A stretch of 33,482 nucleotides of DNA, from NCBI GenBank assembly GCA_043778225.1, contig JAYWGM010000034.1, forward strand, positions 1-33,482, read 5' to 3'. This DNA is from Deinococcales bacterium (lineage in GTDB: Bacteria > Deinococcota > Deinococci > Deinococcales > JAAFIG01). Positions 7,754 through 17,814 of the stretch are shown here, one piece after another; the first letter of the stretch is position 1; every line of letters begins with the position of its first letter. The notes beneath the pieces are model-generated. The model worked only from the letters and a program-made list of their open reading frames with translations. It was not told where the DNA came from and searched no databases. Position numbers and translations under genes: made by a program.

Positions 7754-8677
7754 ATGAAAAAACTGTTCACCCAATTCATCCTTCTTTCAAGCCTCGGGCT
7801 AGTGGCAATCTCGAGCGCCCAGACAAACAGCGTCAGCATTAAACATGAAACTGGCACATATGCTGCCCCGCAAGCCGTCAAACGTGTGGTGGTTCTCGAG
7901 TACAGCTTTTTAGACACCCTGATTGCCCTTGGTGTCAAACCTGTCGGGGCGGCGATTGGTACACAAGCTGGTGACCGCGGCGCACCGCCGTATTTGCGGT
8001 CTTTACTGAGTGGCATCACCGAAGTCGGTTCTCGAGCCGCGCCAAACTTAGAAGTGATGCTGCGCTTAAAACCCGATGTGATTGTAGCCGATGCTTTTGT
8101 TCATAAAACGCTTGAGCCAAACTTAAAAGCCATTGCCCCCGCCATTATGTTTAACTCGCGGCGCGGCAGTTACGATGACCTGCAAAGCCAAACTCTGGAA
8201 TTGGCTAAATTGGTCGGTAAAGAAGGATTGGCTAAGACCTTACTCGAGGAACAAGCGCGTTTAATCCAAAAAGCCAAAGCCTTTGCCAACCCCAAAGCCC
8301 CGAGTTTTGTGGCGGCTGTCGCCACACCAGCCAGTTTAACGCTGCACAGCAGCGAATCGTTTATTGGCAGTTTACTCGAGCGACTCGGGCGTAAAAATGC
8401 GGTTAAACCACAAGGTACACTGACCCAATTTGAAATTTCACTCGAGGGTCTGATTGCGCTTAATCCAGCCACATTGGCACTGTTTACGGCAAGCGATGAA
8501 AAACCAATCACCGAAGAATGGGCAAAAAATCCGCTCTGGCAAAAGCTCGAGGCAGTCAAACGCAATCGTGTGTTTGTTTTTGACCGCGACCTCTGGACTC
8601 GTTCACGTGGACCAATTGCCTTAAAGAAAATTGTTGCCGAAGCGATTGACTCTGGGTTACTTGCGGACAAAAAGTAA
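7754..8677 (+). CDS. Iron-siderophore ABC transporter substrate-binding protein (FecB/FhuD-like)
   Basis: Signal peptide after an AGGAG RBS. Motifs KRVVVLEYSFLD...LGVKPVG, VGSR..PNLE....LKPDVI and NPLWQKLEAVKRNRV. Confidence 0.92.
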   Translation: MKKLFTQFILLSSLGLVAISSAQTNSVSIKHETGTYAAPQAVKRVVVLEYSFLDTLIALGVKPVGAAIGTQAGDRGAPPYLRSLLSGITEVGSRAAPNLEVMLRLKPDVIVADAFVHKTLEPNLKAIAPAIMFNSRRGSYDDLQSQTLELAKLVGKEGLAKTLLEEQARLIQKAKAFANPKAPSFVAAVATPASLTLHSSESFIGSLLERLGRKNAVKPQGTLTQFEISLEGLIALNPATLALFTASDEKPITEEWAKNPLWQKLEAVKRNRVFVFDRDLWTRSRGPIALKKIVAEAIDSGLLADKK

Positions 8678-9589
8678 ATGAAAAAAATTCTTTTTAGTGC
8701 AGTAATAGCACTTGTAGCTGTCTCGAGTCTCGCGCAAGGTATCTTCCCAATCAGCATCAAGCACGATGCTGGCGAAACAATTGTCTCGAGTCAACCCAAA
8801 CGAATTATTGCCCTGCACCCAACCAGTCTCGAGATGCTGCTGGCACTGGGCGTACAACCCGTTGGCATCGGCGCTTACGGTTTAATGACCGAGGAATTGC
8901 TGGGAAAAAATGCGATGAGCGTACCAAATTTCGATGATTTACTACCCGTTAAACCCGTTCATGTTGGAAGTGAGCCGTCACTTGAGGTCATGACTGCCTT
9001 AAAACCCGATTTAATTTTGTCGATTGCGTTTGCGGCGCAAAATGTTTTCCCACAATTTTCTAAAGTTGCACCAACACTGGTTTACAATTACGCGGCGGCT
9101 GGCGGCTGGGAAAAAGGACTGCGCGACGTGGCAAAATTACTGGGTAAAGAACAACGTGCCGAACAAGTTATTCGTAACCTCGAGAGCAAAGCCCGCACCA
9201 ACCGTAACCGCCTTGCACCAACTTTGGTGGCTGGTAATAAAATTGCAGTTTTTGCGCTGCGTGGACCACAACTGCTCAGTACAGGCTTAGGTTTTGCACC
9301 CTCAAGATTGCTGAATCAACTTGGTTTTAAGAATGTTGCACCCACCAACGCACCTGTCTTTGCGCCAATGTCCAGCGAAGGCTTACTGAGCCTCAAGGCT
9401 GACCGTGCGATGCTATTGAATTTTGGCGCTCCTAAAGAAATTCTCGAGAACACCATTGCGCTTTTGAAACGCGGAAACTTTAAGGGTGTTTACAGTATAG
9501 ACATTCTGATCGCCAGCCGTTCTGGGTTAGGACCACTTTCCGAAGCGCAATTATTAGATGCTTACAGCAAAAGCATTCTTGGGAAATAA
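8678..9589 (+). CDS. Second iron-complex ABC substrate-binding protein
   Basis: Signal peptide. Motifs FPISIKHDAGET, PKRIIAL, LGVQPVG, EPSLE....LKPDLI and FSKVAPT. Confidence 0.88.
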   Translation: MKKILFSAVIALVAVSSLAQGIFPISIKHDAGETIVSSQPKRIIALHPTSLEMLLALGVQPVGIGAYGLMTEELLGKNAMSVPNFDDLLPVKPVHVGSEPSLEVMTALKPDLILSIAFAAQNVFPQFSKVAPTLVYNYAAAGGWEKGLRDVAKLLGKEQRAEQVIRNLESKARTNRNRLAPTLVAGNKIAVFALRGPQLLSTGLGFAPSRLLNQLGFKNVAPTNAPVFAPMSSEGLLSLKADRAMLLNFGAPKEILENTIALLKRGNFKGVYSIDILIASRSGLGPLSEAQLLDAYSKSILGK

Positions 9590-9592
9590 AGC

Positions 9593-10324
9593 ATGACCCA
9601 AGTTTCTACTAAAATGCGAAATGATGTGATTGAACACCTCAATCAAACGCATCGTCTTGACTTGACCCAACTTGCTCAAGCCTTTGGTCATGCAGCTTGG
9701 GCAACCGATGCCGAAATAAGCGATTTTGATTTTCATGGAGTCAGCCTTACTGCGCTTCACGGCTCGAGAAACCAGATTTGTCGGATTGCTTTTGCTACCC
9801 CTGCCTCGGAAGAAAGCGACATTGAAGAACTGTTCATGAGCTTGGTAGATACGGCTCGAGAACAACTGGGCATTATTCCAGAAGTAAAAATTGTGACCGA
9901 TGTGATTGGAAATGCGACTCTCGTCCTGCCACTCTCCTATCAAACTGTTTTTACAGCACTTTGTGACGTGCAGCACTATCCAAATTGGTTGCCACCGATT
10001 GGTGCAATTCTTAAATCCAGTCATAAAAAACTGCAATTCGGCTCGAGTTTTACGGCGCTGGTACGCGGACAAGAAAACCAAATGGATATAGAAATTCTCG
10101 AGTACCAAGAAAATACGCTGCTGCACTGGCAAGAAAAGGCTGGTCATGCCCACTCGATAGGCTTTGTCCTCGAGCCAATCGAAACAAGCACCCAAATTCG
10201 GGTTCAAGTCAGTAATCGCGTACCAATTCCCGAATCTGAACTCGAGGAAAACCAAGAAAAACTTAGGAAACTCAGTCTGGTGATTGCCCAGAAACTCGAG
10301 ACATTTATGAAGATAGGCAAATAA
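9593..10324 (+). CDS. DUF2470-like domain fused to SRPBCC/START-fold domain
   Basis: N-terminal IEHLNQTH..DL...AQAFG....A..A.I...D..G..L...RIAF..P (DUF2470 pattern). C-terminal VF..L.D...YP.W.P pattern (SRPBCC). Confidence 0.65.
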   Translation: MTQVSTKMRNDVIEHLNQTHRLDLTQLAQAFGHAAWATDAEISDFDFHGVSLTALHGSRNQICRIAFATPASEESDIEELFMSLVDTAREQLGIIPEVKIVTDVIGNATLVLPLSYQTVFTALCDVQHYPNWLPPIGAILKSSHKKLQFGSSFTALVRGQENQMDIEILEYQENTLLHWQEKAGHAHSIGFVLEPIETSTQIRVQVSNRVPIPESELEENQEKLRKLSLVIAQKLETFMKIGK

Positions 10325-10923
10325 TGTCCGAATTGCCATTAGCACAATACAATCCTGATGCTTTAGAACAAATTATTATTGGGCGGCGTTCGTACCCAAT
10401 GGATAAACTCGAGTCCAGACCAATTCCCAAAGCCCTACTCGAGCGCTGTGTCAATGCAGCGCGGTTTGCTCCAAATCATGGGCGTACCAATCCATTTCGG
10501 TTTATGATCATTACCGGCGAAACGGCTAAAGAAGCACTGCTGGCGCGTTTTTTGGAGATTATCAGAAAACTCGAGATGCCAGCCAGTTACGATAAAATTT
10601 ACACCGATATGATCGCCGCTGCCCCCGCTTGGATTGCGATTGGCATGACTCCTCGGCTCGAGAAACCGATGCCAGAATGGGAGGAACTGGCTGCTGTGTC
10701 AATGGCAGTGCAAAATTTTCATCTCATGGCAGAAGCCCAAGGACTGGGCGGGTTATGGCTCAGTGGTCGGGTCTCTACCCATCCCGATTTAGCAACCGAT
10801 TTTGGCTGGGCGGATGCACCCAATAAATTGCTTGGATTGTTTTATATGGGCTTTGTCAAACACGCCTTAAAGCCTCGAGTCTACCCAAATCTCGAGGACA
10901 TTGCCACTTGGAGAGAGATCTAA
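10324..10923 (+). CDS. Nitroreductase-family flavoprotein (YdjA-like)
   Basis: Motifs I.GRRS, AARFAPNHGRTNPFRF, AVSMAVQNFHLMAEAQGLGGLWLSG and LLGLFYMG. Confidence 0.9.
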   Translation: MSELPLAQYNPDALEQIIIGRRSYPMDKLESRPIPKALLERCVNAARFAPNHGRTNPFRFMIITGETAKEALLARFLEIIRKLEMPASYDKIYTDMIAAAPAWIAIGMTPRLEKPMPEWEELAAVSMAVQNFHLMAEAQGLGGLWLSGRVSTHPDLATDFGWADAPNKLLGLFYMGFVKHALKPRVYPNLEDIATWREI

Positions 10924-10984
10924 AAATATGGTTCATCTTGCTGATAAAGCTCGAGTTAAGCTAAGGCTGTAAGGACAAAACGCT

Positions 10985-11992
10985 GTGCTGATTGCTAAAA
11001 CAAAACCCCATGTCTCGAGCCAGACCATAATTGTGTTGTTGCTGGTTATCGTCGTAATTTGCAGCATCGTTTCAATTGGCATTGGTGCGATTCGCATTCC
11101 ACCACTCGAGGTTGTACGGGCATTGTTTGATTCGTCTGGCGGCATCAATGCTCGGATTGTTCAGGAATTGCGTTTACCACGAATTATGGTGGCGTTAATC
11201 TGCGGCGCATTATTTGCAGTTTCTGGCACAATGCTGCAAGGTGTGGTGCGTAACCCATTGGCAAGCCCAGATTTGGTTGGGGTTGGCGCGGGCGCTGGGG
11301 TTTTTGCGGTCATCACCCTGATTTTACTGCCGACTGCACCAAGTTGGTTGTTACCTGTTGGGGCGTTTATTGGCGCGTGGCTTGGCTTTGCGTTGGTGCT
11401 GTTACTGGCGTACAAAAATAATGAAATCACGCCTGTGAGGGTCGCCCTGATTGGTATTGCGGTTGGGGCGGCACTCGGAGCAATCCAGCAACTGATTTTG
11501 GTGCGTGCGCCAGACGACATCGGACGCGCCTTAACTTTTTTGGCAGGTACAGTCTACGGCGCAGATTGGTCTCGAGTCGAGCGCTTACTGCCGTGGTTGG
11601 TATTGCTGCCAGTCGCGTGGGTTTTAGGCTATAAACTCGATGTGTTAGCGTTTTCGGATGATGTTGCCAGTGGACTTGGAATGCGTTTAATGTTGGCTCG
11701 AGTGGTCTGCATGAGCGTGGCAGTGGCATTGGCGGCGGCTGCTGTGACGGGCGTGGGTGTGCTGGGCTTTGTGGGTTTAATTGCACCGCACGCGGCACGG
11801 CTTTTGGTCGGCTCGAGACACGCGCTGCTGATTCCAACCAGTGGATTACTTGGCGCGATTCTGGTGGTTTGTGCCGATGCACTCGGGCGCGGTTTGATTC
11901 CGCCAATCGAAGTACCAGCCGGTATTTTAACCACCTTAATCGGAGCGCCATATTTTTTAATTTTAATGCGCCAACAAGGACAGCTAAAATGA
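10985..11992 (+). CDS. Iron-complex ABC transporter permease (FecCD family)
   Basis: Motifs LRLPR, QGVVRNPLASPDLVG, GFVGLIAPH and E.PAG..T..IGAPYF. Confidence 0.93.
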   Translation: MLIAKTKPHVSSQTIIVLLLVIVVICSIVSIGIGAIRIPPLEVVRALFDSSGGINARIVQELRLPRIMVALICGALFAVSGTMLQGVVRNPLASPDLVGVGAGAGVFAVITLILLPTAPSWLLPVGAFIGAWLGFALVLLLAYKNNEITPVRVALIGIAVGAALGAIQQLILVRAPDDIGRALTFLAGTVYGADWSRVERLLPWLVLLPVAWVLGYKLDVLAFSDDVASGLGMRLMLARVVCMSVAVALAAAAVTGVGVLGFVGLIAPHAARLLVGSRHALLIPTSGLLGAILVVCADALGRGLIPPIEVPAGILTTLIGAPYFLILMRQQGQLK

Positions 11993-12777
11993 AACTCGAG
12001 ACGCAGCATTTAAGCCTTGGTTATGAAGATAAAATTGTTGTCGAAGATTTGAATCTGACGCTCGAGATGGGTAAAATTACCACAATTATCGGCAGCAATG
12101 GTTGCGGTAAAAGCACAATTCTACGCAGCATCGCACGGCTCTTAAAACCTAAAATCGGCGCGGTGCTGCTTGATGGTAAAGCGATTCACACCTTGCCCAG
12201 CAAAATCGTGGCGCAACAACTGGCGATTCTGCCACAAACCCCAACTGCCCCCGAGGGCATTACGGTCGAGGCACTGGTACAGTTTGGGCGTTATCCGCAT
12301 CAAAATTTTTTGCAACAACGCAGTCCGCACGATAACCAAATCATCGAACAGGCACTCGAGCAAACTAAAATGACCGAATTTAGAACCCGTCCGCTCGAGA
12401 CGCTTTCTGGTGGGCAGCGCCAACGGGCTTGGATTGCCATGAGTTTAGCCCAAGACACCCCCATACTGCTGCTTGACGAACCAACAACTTATTTAGACAT
12501 TAAGCATCAACTCGAGGTGCTGCATTTGCTTGAGGAACTCAATGCTAAAGTAGGTAAAACTGTGGTCATGGTGTTACACGACCTGAATCAAGCTGCAAGG
12601 TACAGCCATCAGTTAATTGCAGTCCAGAACGGTCAGGTGATGGCACAGAACACGCCCGAGCTGGTGCTGACCAACCAAGTGGTACGCGATGTTTTTGGCA
12701 TTGAAGCGCACTTAATTCTTGACCCAAGCAACGGCAAACCACACGTGATTCCGTTTGCCTTGGCGGTCACAAAATGA
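11989..12777 (+). CDS. Iron-complex ABC transporter ATP-binding protein (FecE/FhuC-like)
   Basis: Motifs GSNGCGKST, LSGGQRQRAWIAM, LLLDEPTTYLD and VLHDLNQA. Start is ATG 11989, overlapping the upstream stop. Confidence 0.95.
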   Translation: MKLETQHLSLGYEDKIVVEDLNLTLEMGKITTIIGSNGCGKSTILRSIARLLKPKIGAVLLDGKAIHTLPSKIVAQQLAILPQTPTAPEGITVEALVQFGRYPHQNFLQQRSPHDNQIIEQALEQTKMTEFRTRPLETLSGGQRQRAWIAMSLAQDTPILLLDEPTTYLDIKHQLEVLHLLEELNAKVGKTVVMVLHDLNQAARYSHQLIAVQNGQVMAQNTPELVLTNQVVRDVFGIEAHLILDPSNGKPHVIPFALAVTK

Positions 12778-13781
12778 TTTTAGCCAAGGCTCGAGACTCG
12801 CGGGTTTTGTGGCTATGGCTGGTTTTTCTAATCCTGTTGGGCATTTTACTATTTACTTTTTTACTTTCGATTTCGGTGGGCGCAGCCAACATTCCTCTAC
12901 TTGAGGTTTGGCGACTGGTGTTCAGCCCAGACGACACAACCAACAGTTTAATTGTGCAAACGCTACGGCTTCCAAGGGCGGTGGTGGCTTTGATGGTCGG
13001 CTCAAGCCTTGCCATCAGCGCTACGCTTTTACAGGGCGTGACTCGCAATCCATTGGCGGGACCCGGCATTCTCGGAGTCAATGCTGGGGCTGCCCTTGGC
13101 ATTCTGGTTGGAATTGTATTTTTCCCCAGCTTACCATCTGGGCTTTTTATTCTGATGGCGTTTATGGGCGGGGTAGGTGCGGCAGCCCTGACTTTTGGCG
13201 TGACGGCGGCAGTCGGTATCACCCCAGTGCGTTTGGCACTGGCTGGTATTGCCGTGGGTGCAATGTTGGCAGCTTTAACAAGTGGTATTCAGATTTTATT
13301 CGAGGAACGCGCTCGAGCCGCGATTTTTAGCTTAGCGGGCAGTCTGGCTGGGCGGACATGGGAACACGCCCAAAGTATTGCGCCGTGGTTTATGGTCTGT
13401 GTGGTTCTGGCGTTCTTTTCGAGTCAGTTGCTGAATCTGGTATCGCTTGGCGAGGACGTGGCTCGAGGGCTTGGGGTCAATGTCAATCTGGCACGGTTTG
13501 GACTGGCTGGCTTGGCGGTGCTGCTTGCCAGTGCTGCCACCAGTGTGGCTGGACCGATTGGTTTTCTGGGTCTGATGTCGCCGCATTTGGCACGTGGCTT
13601 GGTTGGGACAGATAACCGCGTTGTACTGCCACTTTCTGCGCTAATAGGCTCGAGTATTTTACTGCTGGCAGATGTCGGCGCGCGGGTTGTGGATATGCCG
13701 CTCGAGACTCCTGTGGGTATTTTAATCACCGCCATTGGCGCACCTTTTTTTGTCTATTTGGCGCGGCGAATGAAATTTTAA
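12774..13781 (+). CDS. Iron-complex ABC transporter permease (FecCD family)
   Basis: Motifs LRLPR, QGVTRNPLAGPGILGVNAGA, GPIGFLGL..PH and ETPVG..IGAPFF. Confidence 0.93.
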   Translation: MILAKARDSRVLWLWLVFLILLGILLFTFLLSISVGAANIPLLEVWRLVFSPDDTTNSLIVQTLRLPRAVVALMVGSSLAISATLLQGVTRNPLAGPGILGVNAGAALGILVGIVFFPSLPSGLFILMAFMGGVGAAALTFGVTAAVGITPVRLALAGIAVGAMLAALTSGIQILFEERARAAIFSLAGSLAGRTWEHAQSIAPWFMVCVVLAFFSSQLLNLVSLGEDVARGLGVNVNLARFGLAGLAVLLASAATSVAGPIGFLGLMSPHLARGLVGTDNRVVLPLSALIGSSILLLADVGARVVDMPLETPVGILITAIGAPFFVYLARRMKF

Positions 13782-16700
13782 TCAGCCGCCATGCTTTGGC
13801 TTTCGTTTTTAATGCTGTAGACCCTCGAGATACCGCCTGTGTCGGTGGTCACCCCCCAGAGCGCATCGGCAATTTCCATCGTGGCTTTTTGATGCGTCAC
13901 CAAAATAAACTGTGTGCCTTGGTCGGCAAGTAAGCGCAAAAAATGGGTAAAACGTCGGATGTTGGCTTCGTCAAGCGGTGCATCCACTTCGTCAAGTGCC
14001 GCAAAAGGCAATCCTGCATGACCTTCGGGCGCTCTGGAGAGCGCAAATAAAAACGCCAAAGCCGCCATGGTGCGTTCGCCGGTGCTTAATAAGTGCAGCG
14101 CTCGGGTGCGTTTGCCTTTGGGTGTGACCCGCAATGCTAACCCTTCGAGTGCGCCAGTCTCGTCAAGTACAGTCTCGAGGTCGCCTTCGCCACCAAGCAA
14201 TTCGCTGCTGTATTCCTTAAAGGCTTTGGCAACCCTGCCGATGCTGGTTTTGAGCCGCGCTGTGACATCGCGCTCGAGTTCGTCCAGTGCCACTTCAAGT
14301 TCAGCAACCGCCGCTAACGAATCGGCAGCCCCAAGCTCGAGTTCAGACAGTCGTAGCTGTTCACGGCTAAATTCCTCGGCTGCCAGCATATTGACCGCAC
14401 CAATCTGCTCGAGTCGCTGACGAATTTGGTTAGTACGGGTTGTCCAGTTGCGCGGTGTGCCGTCTGGGTCGGGTAACTCGAGCAAAGTTTGAATATGGCT
14501 TTGGCGGTCGGTAAATTCTGTGCCGGTCAGCAGTTCTTGTTCGGTCGTCTCGAGGTTGGTTTCGCGCCGAGCAATGGCTAAGCGAGCATTTTCGATATTT
14601 TCGCGCTCAACTGAAACTTTTCGGGTGGTGCTGCTCAGGTCGGTCTCGAGCAACAGGCGCTGTTTTTCCAAATGCTCGAGTTCTTCTTTGGCTTCTTGCA
14701 CACCAAGATTGGTGGCTTGGGTCTCGAGGGCGACAATTTCTGGGTTGGCAATTTCTAAGCGAGTTTTCAATTCAAGTTCTTGTAAATAAATTTCTTCGAG
14801 TCGTTCACCGATGCGGCTGGCTCGAGCCTGATTTTCTTGGCTGCGTAAGAGGGCGGTTTGGTATGCCCGTTGCTTTTCGAGGTACAACGCAGCTTGGTTT
14901 TGGGCTTCGCGCCATGTATTTTCGCGGCTTCGCTCGGTGGCTCGAGCCACTTCAAGTTGGCTGGTGGCAGCCAGAACAACTTGCTCTTGGGGGGCTAAAT
15001 CGGGCAAACTGGCATCGCCTATGGTGCTGTTGGTGCTTGGCTCAAGTTGCCCAAGGCTGTTCTCGAGTTGTGCCACCCGATTCGCCAGACTTTCGCGCTT
15101 GGTTTCGGACTGGACTGCCAATTGCCGCGCCGCATCGGTTTGGCGGCGCAGGTCTACCACGCGGGTTTCCATGCGGGTCACGGCTTCTCGGGCTTCTCGA
15201 GCCATTTCTCGGTCGGTGTCGAGGGTTTTTTCGAGTTTGGTAAATTCTATCTCTAAGCCCTCGAGTTCGGTTTTGGTTTCCTCGAGTCGCCGCAACTCGG
15301 CAAAAGTCTCACCTGTTGTGTCGCGCCCACGCCCACCCGTGACTGCCCCGCCCGCCTCGAGCAATTCGCCCTCTCGAGTTACCAAGCGCGGTCGGTCTCG
15401 GTATGCCCGAGCCAACCGCAAACCAACATCGAGCGTTTGGACAATTAAAGTCTCGCCAAATAAGCTCTCGAGAACAAGCTGATAGCCCGACTCAACAAGT
15501 TCGGCAGCATAGCCAACCACGCCATCCTCCGAGGCAATTGGTAAATTGCGCCGTAGTGGTCGGGTTTTTAGAATATCGAGCGGTAAAAACGTAGCCCGTC
15601 CGCCAGACTTTTTTAAGCCCTCAATGATTTTTTTAGCGACCTCGCCATTTTCGACCACGATATTTTCGATGCGCCGCCCAAGGGCAGCCCCGACCGCCGT
15701 TTCGAGGTCTTGCGGCACACGCAACAAATCTGAAACAGGTCCAATTATGCCTTTGATGCCACTGCCAAGCGCCCGCCGTGGACCTTCGGAGAGGTACGAG
15801 TGGGCGTTTTTGGCGGCTTCTAAACGGGCAAATTCTTTTTGCAGTGGCGCTCGAGCCGCCCGCAATTCGATTTGTCTCGAGCCACCAAGGCTTAACCGCG
15901 CTGTGATACTGCCAGCTTCGCGCTCGAGTTTGTCCGCCCCTTTTTGGGCGCTCTCGAGTTCAATTTTGCATTGCTCGAGGGCTTGGGCGCTGCTGGCTGC
16001 ATCTTTTTGGGCGGGGAGCAGTTCGCTTTTTGTTTGCTCGAGTTCTTGCCAAAGTGTGCCGCGCCGTTCGTCGGCACGGGCGTTCATTTCCGATTGTACC
16101 CGAACTTCACGCTCGAGTTTATCGCGCTCAGAGCGCATTTTTGAGAGTTCAATTTTGGCATCCAATTCAGCCTGAGAAGCAACCCGCAAAGCAGCTTTGG
16201 CAGCCATAAAATCCGTCTCAAGGGCTGCCAAGTCGGTATTGGGCGCTTCTGGCTCGAGTGGCAGCGTTTGCACTGCCAAGACCTGAATTTCGGATTCGAG
16301 CCGCAAGCGCTCAGACTCCAAGGCTTTGGCGTTGGTATCGGCATTGGCAGCCCGTTCTCGAGCCAATTTGGCTTCGCCGCGTAAGCGCTCAAATTCGGCG
16401 GTCAGTTGGGCAAAACTGGCTTGTTTGGCTTCGCGGGTCAGCCGCAGTGCCTCGAGGCTGGTGCTGAGGCTGCTAAGGCTCTGACTGGCGTTTTCGGCTC
16501 GGGTTTCGGTCTCGAGTAAATCTAAATTCAGTTTAGCAATTTCCTCGCGCAGTACACGCACCTTGGAGCGGCGAATTGCCGACTCGAGGGCGCTGACTTC
16601 ATGGCTTAGCGCCACATATTCTTGGGCAATGACTGCATCTTTTTCGAGCTTGACGACCCGATTGCGGACTTCGTGGGTTAAATCCTCGGCTCGAGATAAA

Positions 16701-17254
16701 TGCAGCTTGGCTTGTTCAAGCCGTTCGATGCTCTGAGCGCGGCGGTGGGTGGCTCTGGACAATCCAGCCGCTTCCTCGAGATAGCCAAGCATGGTGGTTG
16801 GGTTGGCGCTAATGACTGCACCAATTTCACCCTGTCCAACCACCGCAATACCGCCCGGTCCAAGTCCAGAACCGCGCAGTGCATCGTGTAAATCGCGGAC
16901 ACGCACATTCTTGCCACCCAATTCAAGCTCCGAGTCGCCATCGCGGTATAAGCGCCGTGTAATCGCTAAACCGCCCGAAGGTTGCTCGAGTTCAACTTGG
17001 ACTTCGGCTAAATTCAGGGCTTGTTTACCGCTCGAGCCATGAAAAATCAGTTCGGTGCTTTCTTTGACCCGCAATTCTCGGGTTCGGGCGGTGTGGCTTG
17101 CCCAGCGAATGGCTTCAATCACATTGGATTTGCCCGAGCCGTTGGGTCCGATTACGGCATTGACTTTGGGTGAAAACTCGAGTCTGACCCGTTCGCCAAA
17201 ACTCTTAAAGCCTAAAATCGTGATACCGCGAATACGAATCGTCACGAACCGCAT
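13778..17254 (-). CDS. smc: Chromosome segregation protein SMC
   Basis: GFKSF and Walker A GPNGSGKSN, long coiled coils, hinge motif GRATFLPL, signature LSTGE and Walker B/D-loop LDEVDAPLD. Confidence 0.96.
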   Translation of the reverse strand: MRFVTIRIRGITILGFKSFGERVRLEFSPKVNAVIGPNGSGKSNVIEAIRWASHTARTRELRVKESTELIFHGSSGKQALNLAEVQVELEQPSGGLAITRRLYRDGDSELELGGKNVRVRDLHDALRGSGLGPGGIAVVGQGEIGAVISANPTTMLGYLEEAAGLSRATHRRAQSIERLEQAKLHLSRAEDLTHEVRNRVVKLEKDAVIAQEYVALSHEVSALESAIRRSKVRVLREEIAKLNLDLLETETRAENASQSLSSLSTSLEALRLTREAKQASFAQLTAEFERLRGEAKLARERAANADTNAKALESERLRLESEIQVLAVQTLPLEPEAPNTDLAALETDFMAAKAALRVASQAELDAKIELSKMRSERDKLEREVRVQSEMNARADERRGTLWQELEQTKSELLPAQKDAASSAQALEQCKIELESAQKGADKLEREAGSITARLSLGGSRQIELRAARAPLQKEFARLEAAKNAHSYLSEGPRRALGSGIKGIIGPVSDLLRVPQDLETAVGAALGRRIENIVVENGEVAKKIIEGLKKSGGRATFLPLDILKTRPLRRNLPIASEDGVVGYAAELVESGYQLVLESLFGETLIVQTLDVGLRLARAYRDRPRLVTREGELLEAGGAVTGGRGRDTTGETFAELRRLEETKTELEGLEIEFTKLEKTLDTDREMAREAREAVTRMETRVVDLRRQTDAARQLAVQSETKRESLANRVAQLENSLGQLEPSTNSTIGDASLPDLAPQEQVVLAATSQLEVARATERSRENTWREAQNQAALYLEKQRAYQTALLRSQENQARASRIGERLEEIYLQELELKTRLEIANPEIVALETQATNLGVQEAKEELEHLEKQRLLLETDLSSTTRKVSVERENIENARLAIARRETNLETTEQELLTGTEFTDRQSHIQTLLELPDPDGTPRNWTTRTNQIRQRLEQIGAVNMLAAEEFSREQLRLSELELGAADSLAAVAELEVALDELERDVTARLKTSIGRVAKAFKEYSSELLGGEGDLETVLDETGALEGLALRVTPKGKRTRALHLLSTGERTMAALAFLFALSRAPEGHAGLPFAALDEVDAPLDEANIRRFTHFLRLLADQGTQFILVTHQKATMEIADALWGVTTDTGGISRVYSIKNESQSMAAD

Positions 17255-17814
17255 TCCTTATTGGTAAATGGCTTGCTGGTCGGGATGTGTCCGCCAACGC
17301 TGGCAACCGGTTGCCCAGCCAGCAAAAATTTGACTTTTTGAACCCCTTCTAAACCCAGCATCGTGTTGGTGATGCCGCAAAGCAACAATAATTCACCTTG
17401 AGTACCCAATTGAATTTTTTGCCAAGCGGCTTGTAAATCAATAAAAACCGTGTCTTTGTTGGCAAAAACGGTCGGTGTTGGCAAATTTTTAGCCAAAGTT
17501 AAAGCACCATCGACTTTTGGTCCTTCGATATAATTTCGCATCGCGGTGCTGGCTCGAGTCTCGAGGTCGTCGAGTTCTAAACCCGCATCGCGTTTTTCGA
17601 CCGCAAAGGATTTTCCATCTGGAGTCACAAAGTACAATTCAAGTTGTAAGCGCGAACGCGAACGGTCTTCGGGTTGCAACAATTTGGGGTCTATGGCTAA
17701 AGCCGTTGGGCGGGTCTGAAAATAGCGCACCGTTAATGTAGCCGACAACAGCAAGACCAAAATAATGTTCCAAGGCGAGAACAACCAGCGAAAAAAAAGT
17801 TTGACCCACCTCAT
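17242..17814 (-). CDS. GerMN-domain membrane-anchored protein
   Basis: N-terminal TM helix. Motifs LYF, GP, GELLLLCGITNTM...GVQKVKFL..G.....GGHI. Confidence 0.8.
   Translation of the reverse strand: MRWVKLFFRWLFSPWNIILVLLLSATLTVRYFQTRPTALAIDPKLLQPEDRSRSRLQLELYFVTPDGKSFAVEKRDAGLELDDLETRASTAMRNYIEGPKVDGALTLAKNLPTPTVFANKDTVFIDLQAAWQKIQLGTQGELLLLCGITNTMLGLEGVQKVKFLLAGQPVASVGGHIPTSKPFTNKECGS

Noticed and set aside
9554..10345. 263-aa antisense ORF, and other antisense/alternate-frame ORFs over priA, the hydrolase, smc and the permeases
   Set aside because: These are shadow ORFs of well-supported genes, with no recognisable motifs.
10928..10972. 14-codon ORF MVHLADKARVKLRL in the iron operon gap
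   Set aside because: It has no SD or recognisable motif, and is too short to support without conservation data.
14072..14090. SMC signature LSTGE instead of LSGGE
   Set aside because: All other ATPase motifs are intact, and a single substitution at this position is not evidence of inactivity.
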